Shown: piece after piece, positions 31,653 through 32,000 of the stretch
Position numbering within the stretch: the first letter of the stretch is position 1
How the letters are laid out: each line of letters starts with the position of its first letter
Sequence record: ON526972.1
Length of the DNA: 32,000 nt
Strand: one strand, 5' to 3'
DNA from: Microbacterium phage Juanyo
Translations under genes and position numbers: made by a program
The notes under the pieces: model-generated
Told to the model about the DNA's origin: nothing
The model's database searches: none
What the model saw: only the letters and a program-made list of their open reading frames with translations

Positions 31653-32000
31653 ATGAAGAACAAGTCACTCCGGGACATCGGCAAGGAAGCTGAAGAGTCC
31701 CGAGTCGGTCCGAAGACCAGGGCTGCGGCGAGTCACCTCTCGGCCGATCAGCAGCTGATGCAGCGGGAGATGTCGCTTCCGAAGCCCGTGGGGGCTGTCC
31801 TGACCGGCGTCATGGGTGCATCGGCTGCTGATCCCAAGGTCGAGGCGATGGCGCTGAAGGTGATCGAGGAGTCCACGGTCGACCTGAGGCTGGGCCTCAA
31901 GGAGTGGCGCGCTGTGCAGGATCTGGTCGAGGCTGGCATCGTCGCTGGCATGGAGAACGCCGGTCCTACCCGTCGCGGGGAAGTGGCGCTCACTCGCTAG
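31653..32000 (+). CDS. Hypothetical protein (115 aa)
   Basis: MKNKSLRDIGKEAEESRVGPKTRAAASHLSADQQLMQREMSLPKPVG...ALTR*; SD CAGGAG upstream; TAG at 31998-32000. Confidence 0.65.
   Translation: MKNKSLRDIGKEAEESRVGPKTRAAASHLSADQQLMQREMSLPKPVGAVLTGVMGASAADPKVEAMALKVIEESTVDLRLGLKEWRAVQDLVEAGIVAGMENAGPTRRGEVALTR

Noticed and set aside
1-32000. CRISPR array, transposon/IS element, or toxin-antitoxin system
   Set aside because: No regularly spaced direct repeats, no transposase-like ORF with terminal inverted repeats, and no recognisable TA pair were seen by eye. Recurring intergenic sequences are promoter-like and degenerate.

Overview
The window is a contiguous piece of a high-GC tailed-phage genome, siphovirus-like and probably actinobacterial (host inferred from style only). 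The left part, about 1-11.6 kb on the + strand, is the tail and lysis module. It holds the end of a tail assembly chaperone with a probable -1 frameshift extension, a tape measure protein, a distal tail protein, minor tail proteins including a GH18-like hydrolase, an M15-type endolysin and holin-like membrane proteins. A perfect 11-bp hairpin at 11638-11677 separates this module from a long leftward (- strand) early/replication module at 11.7-31.2 kb. That module encodes a RepA-like primase/helicase, VRR-NUC nuclease, a single-strand-annealing/binding candidate, a Sak4-like ATPase, a Cas4/RecB-like nuclease, family A DNA polymerase, a helicase, a MazG-like protein, a P-loop nucleotide kinase and many very small genes, several below the 60-aa cutoff of the supplied track. 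The last gene (31653-32000) is again on the + strand. The most interesting content is a candidate DNA hypermodification pathway. It combines a thymidylate-synthase-like enzyme with Asp at the position that separates dCMP hydroxymethylases from dTMP synthases, a GT-A glycosyltransferase, a P-loop kinase, and a helical protein resembling the 5-hmdU DNA kinase helical / alpha-glutamyl-putrescinyl-thymine pyrophosphorylase families. Other points of interest are a recurrent - strand promoter module (TTGCGA-like -35, TAAGCT/TGTAAG-like -10), three copies of which sit inside inverted repeats with differing arms, a palindromic operator-like repeat pair near 31.25-31.32 kb, and a degenerate tRNA-like element at 19618-19689. 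All family calls come from reading the sequence; no database search was run.
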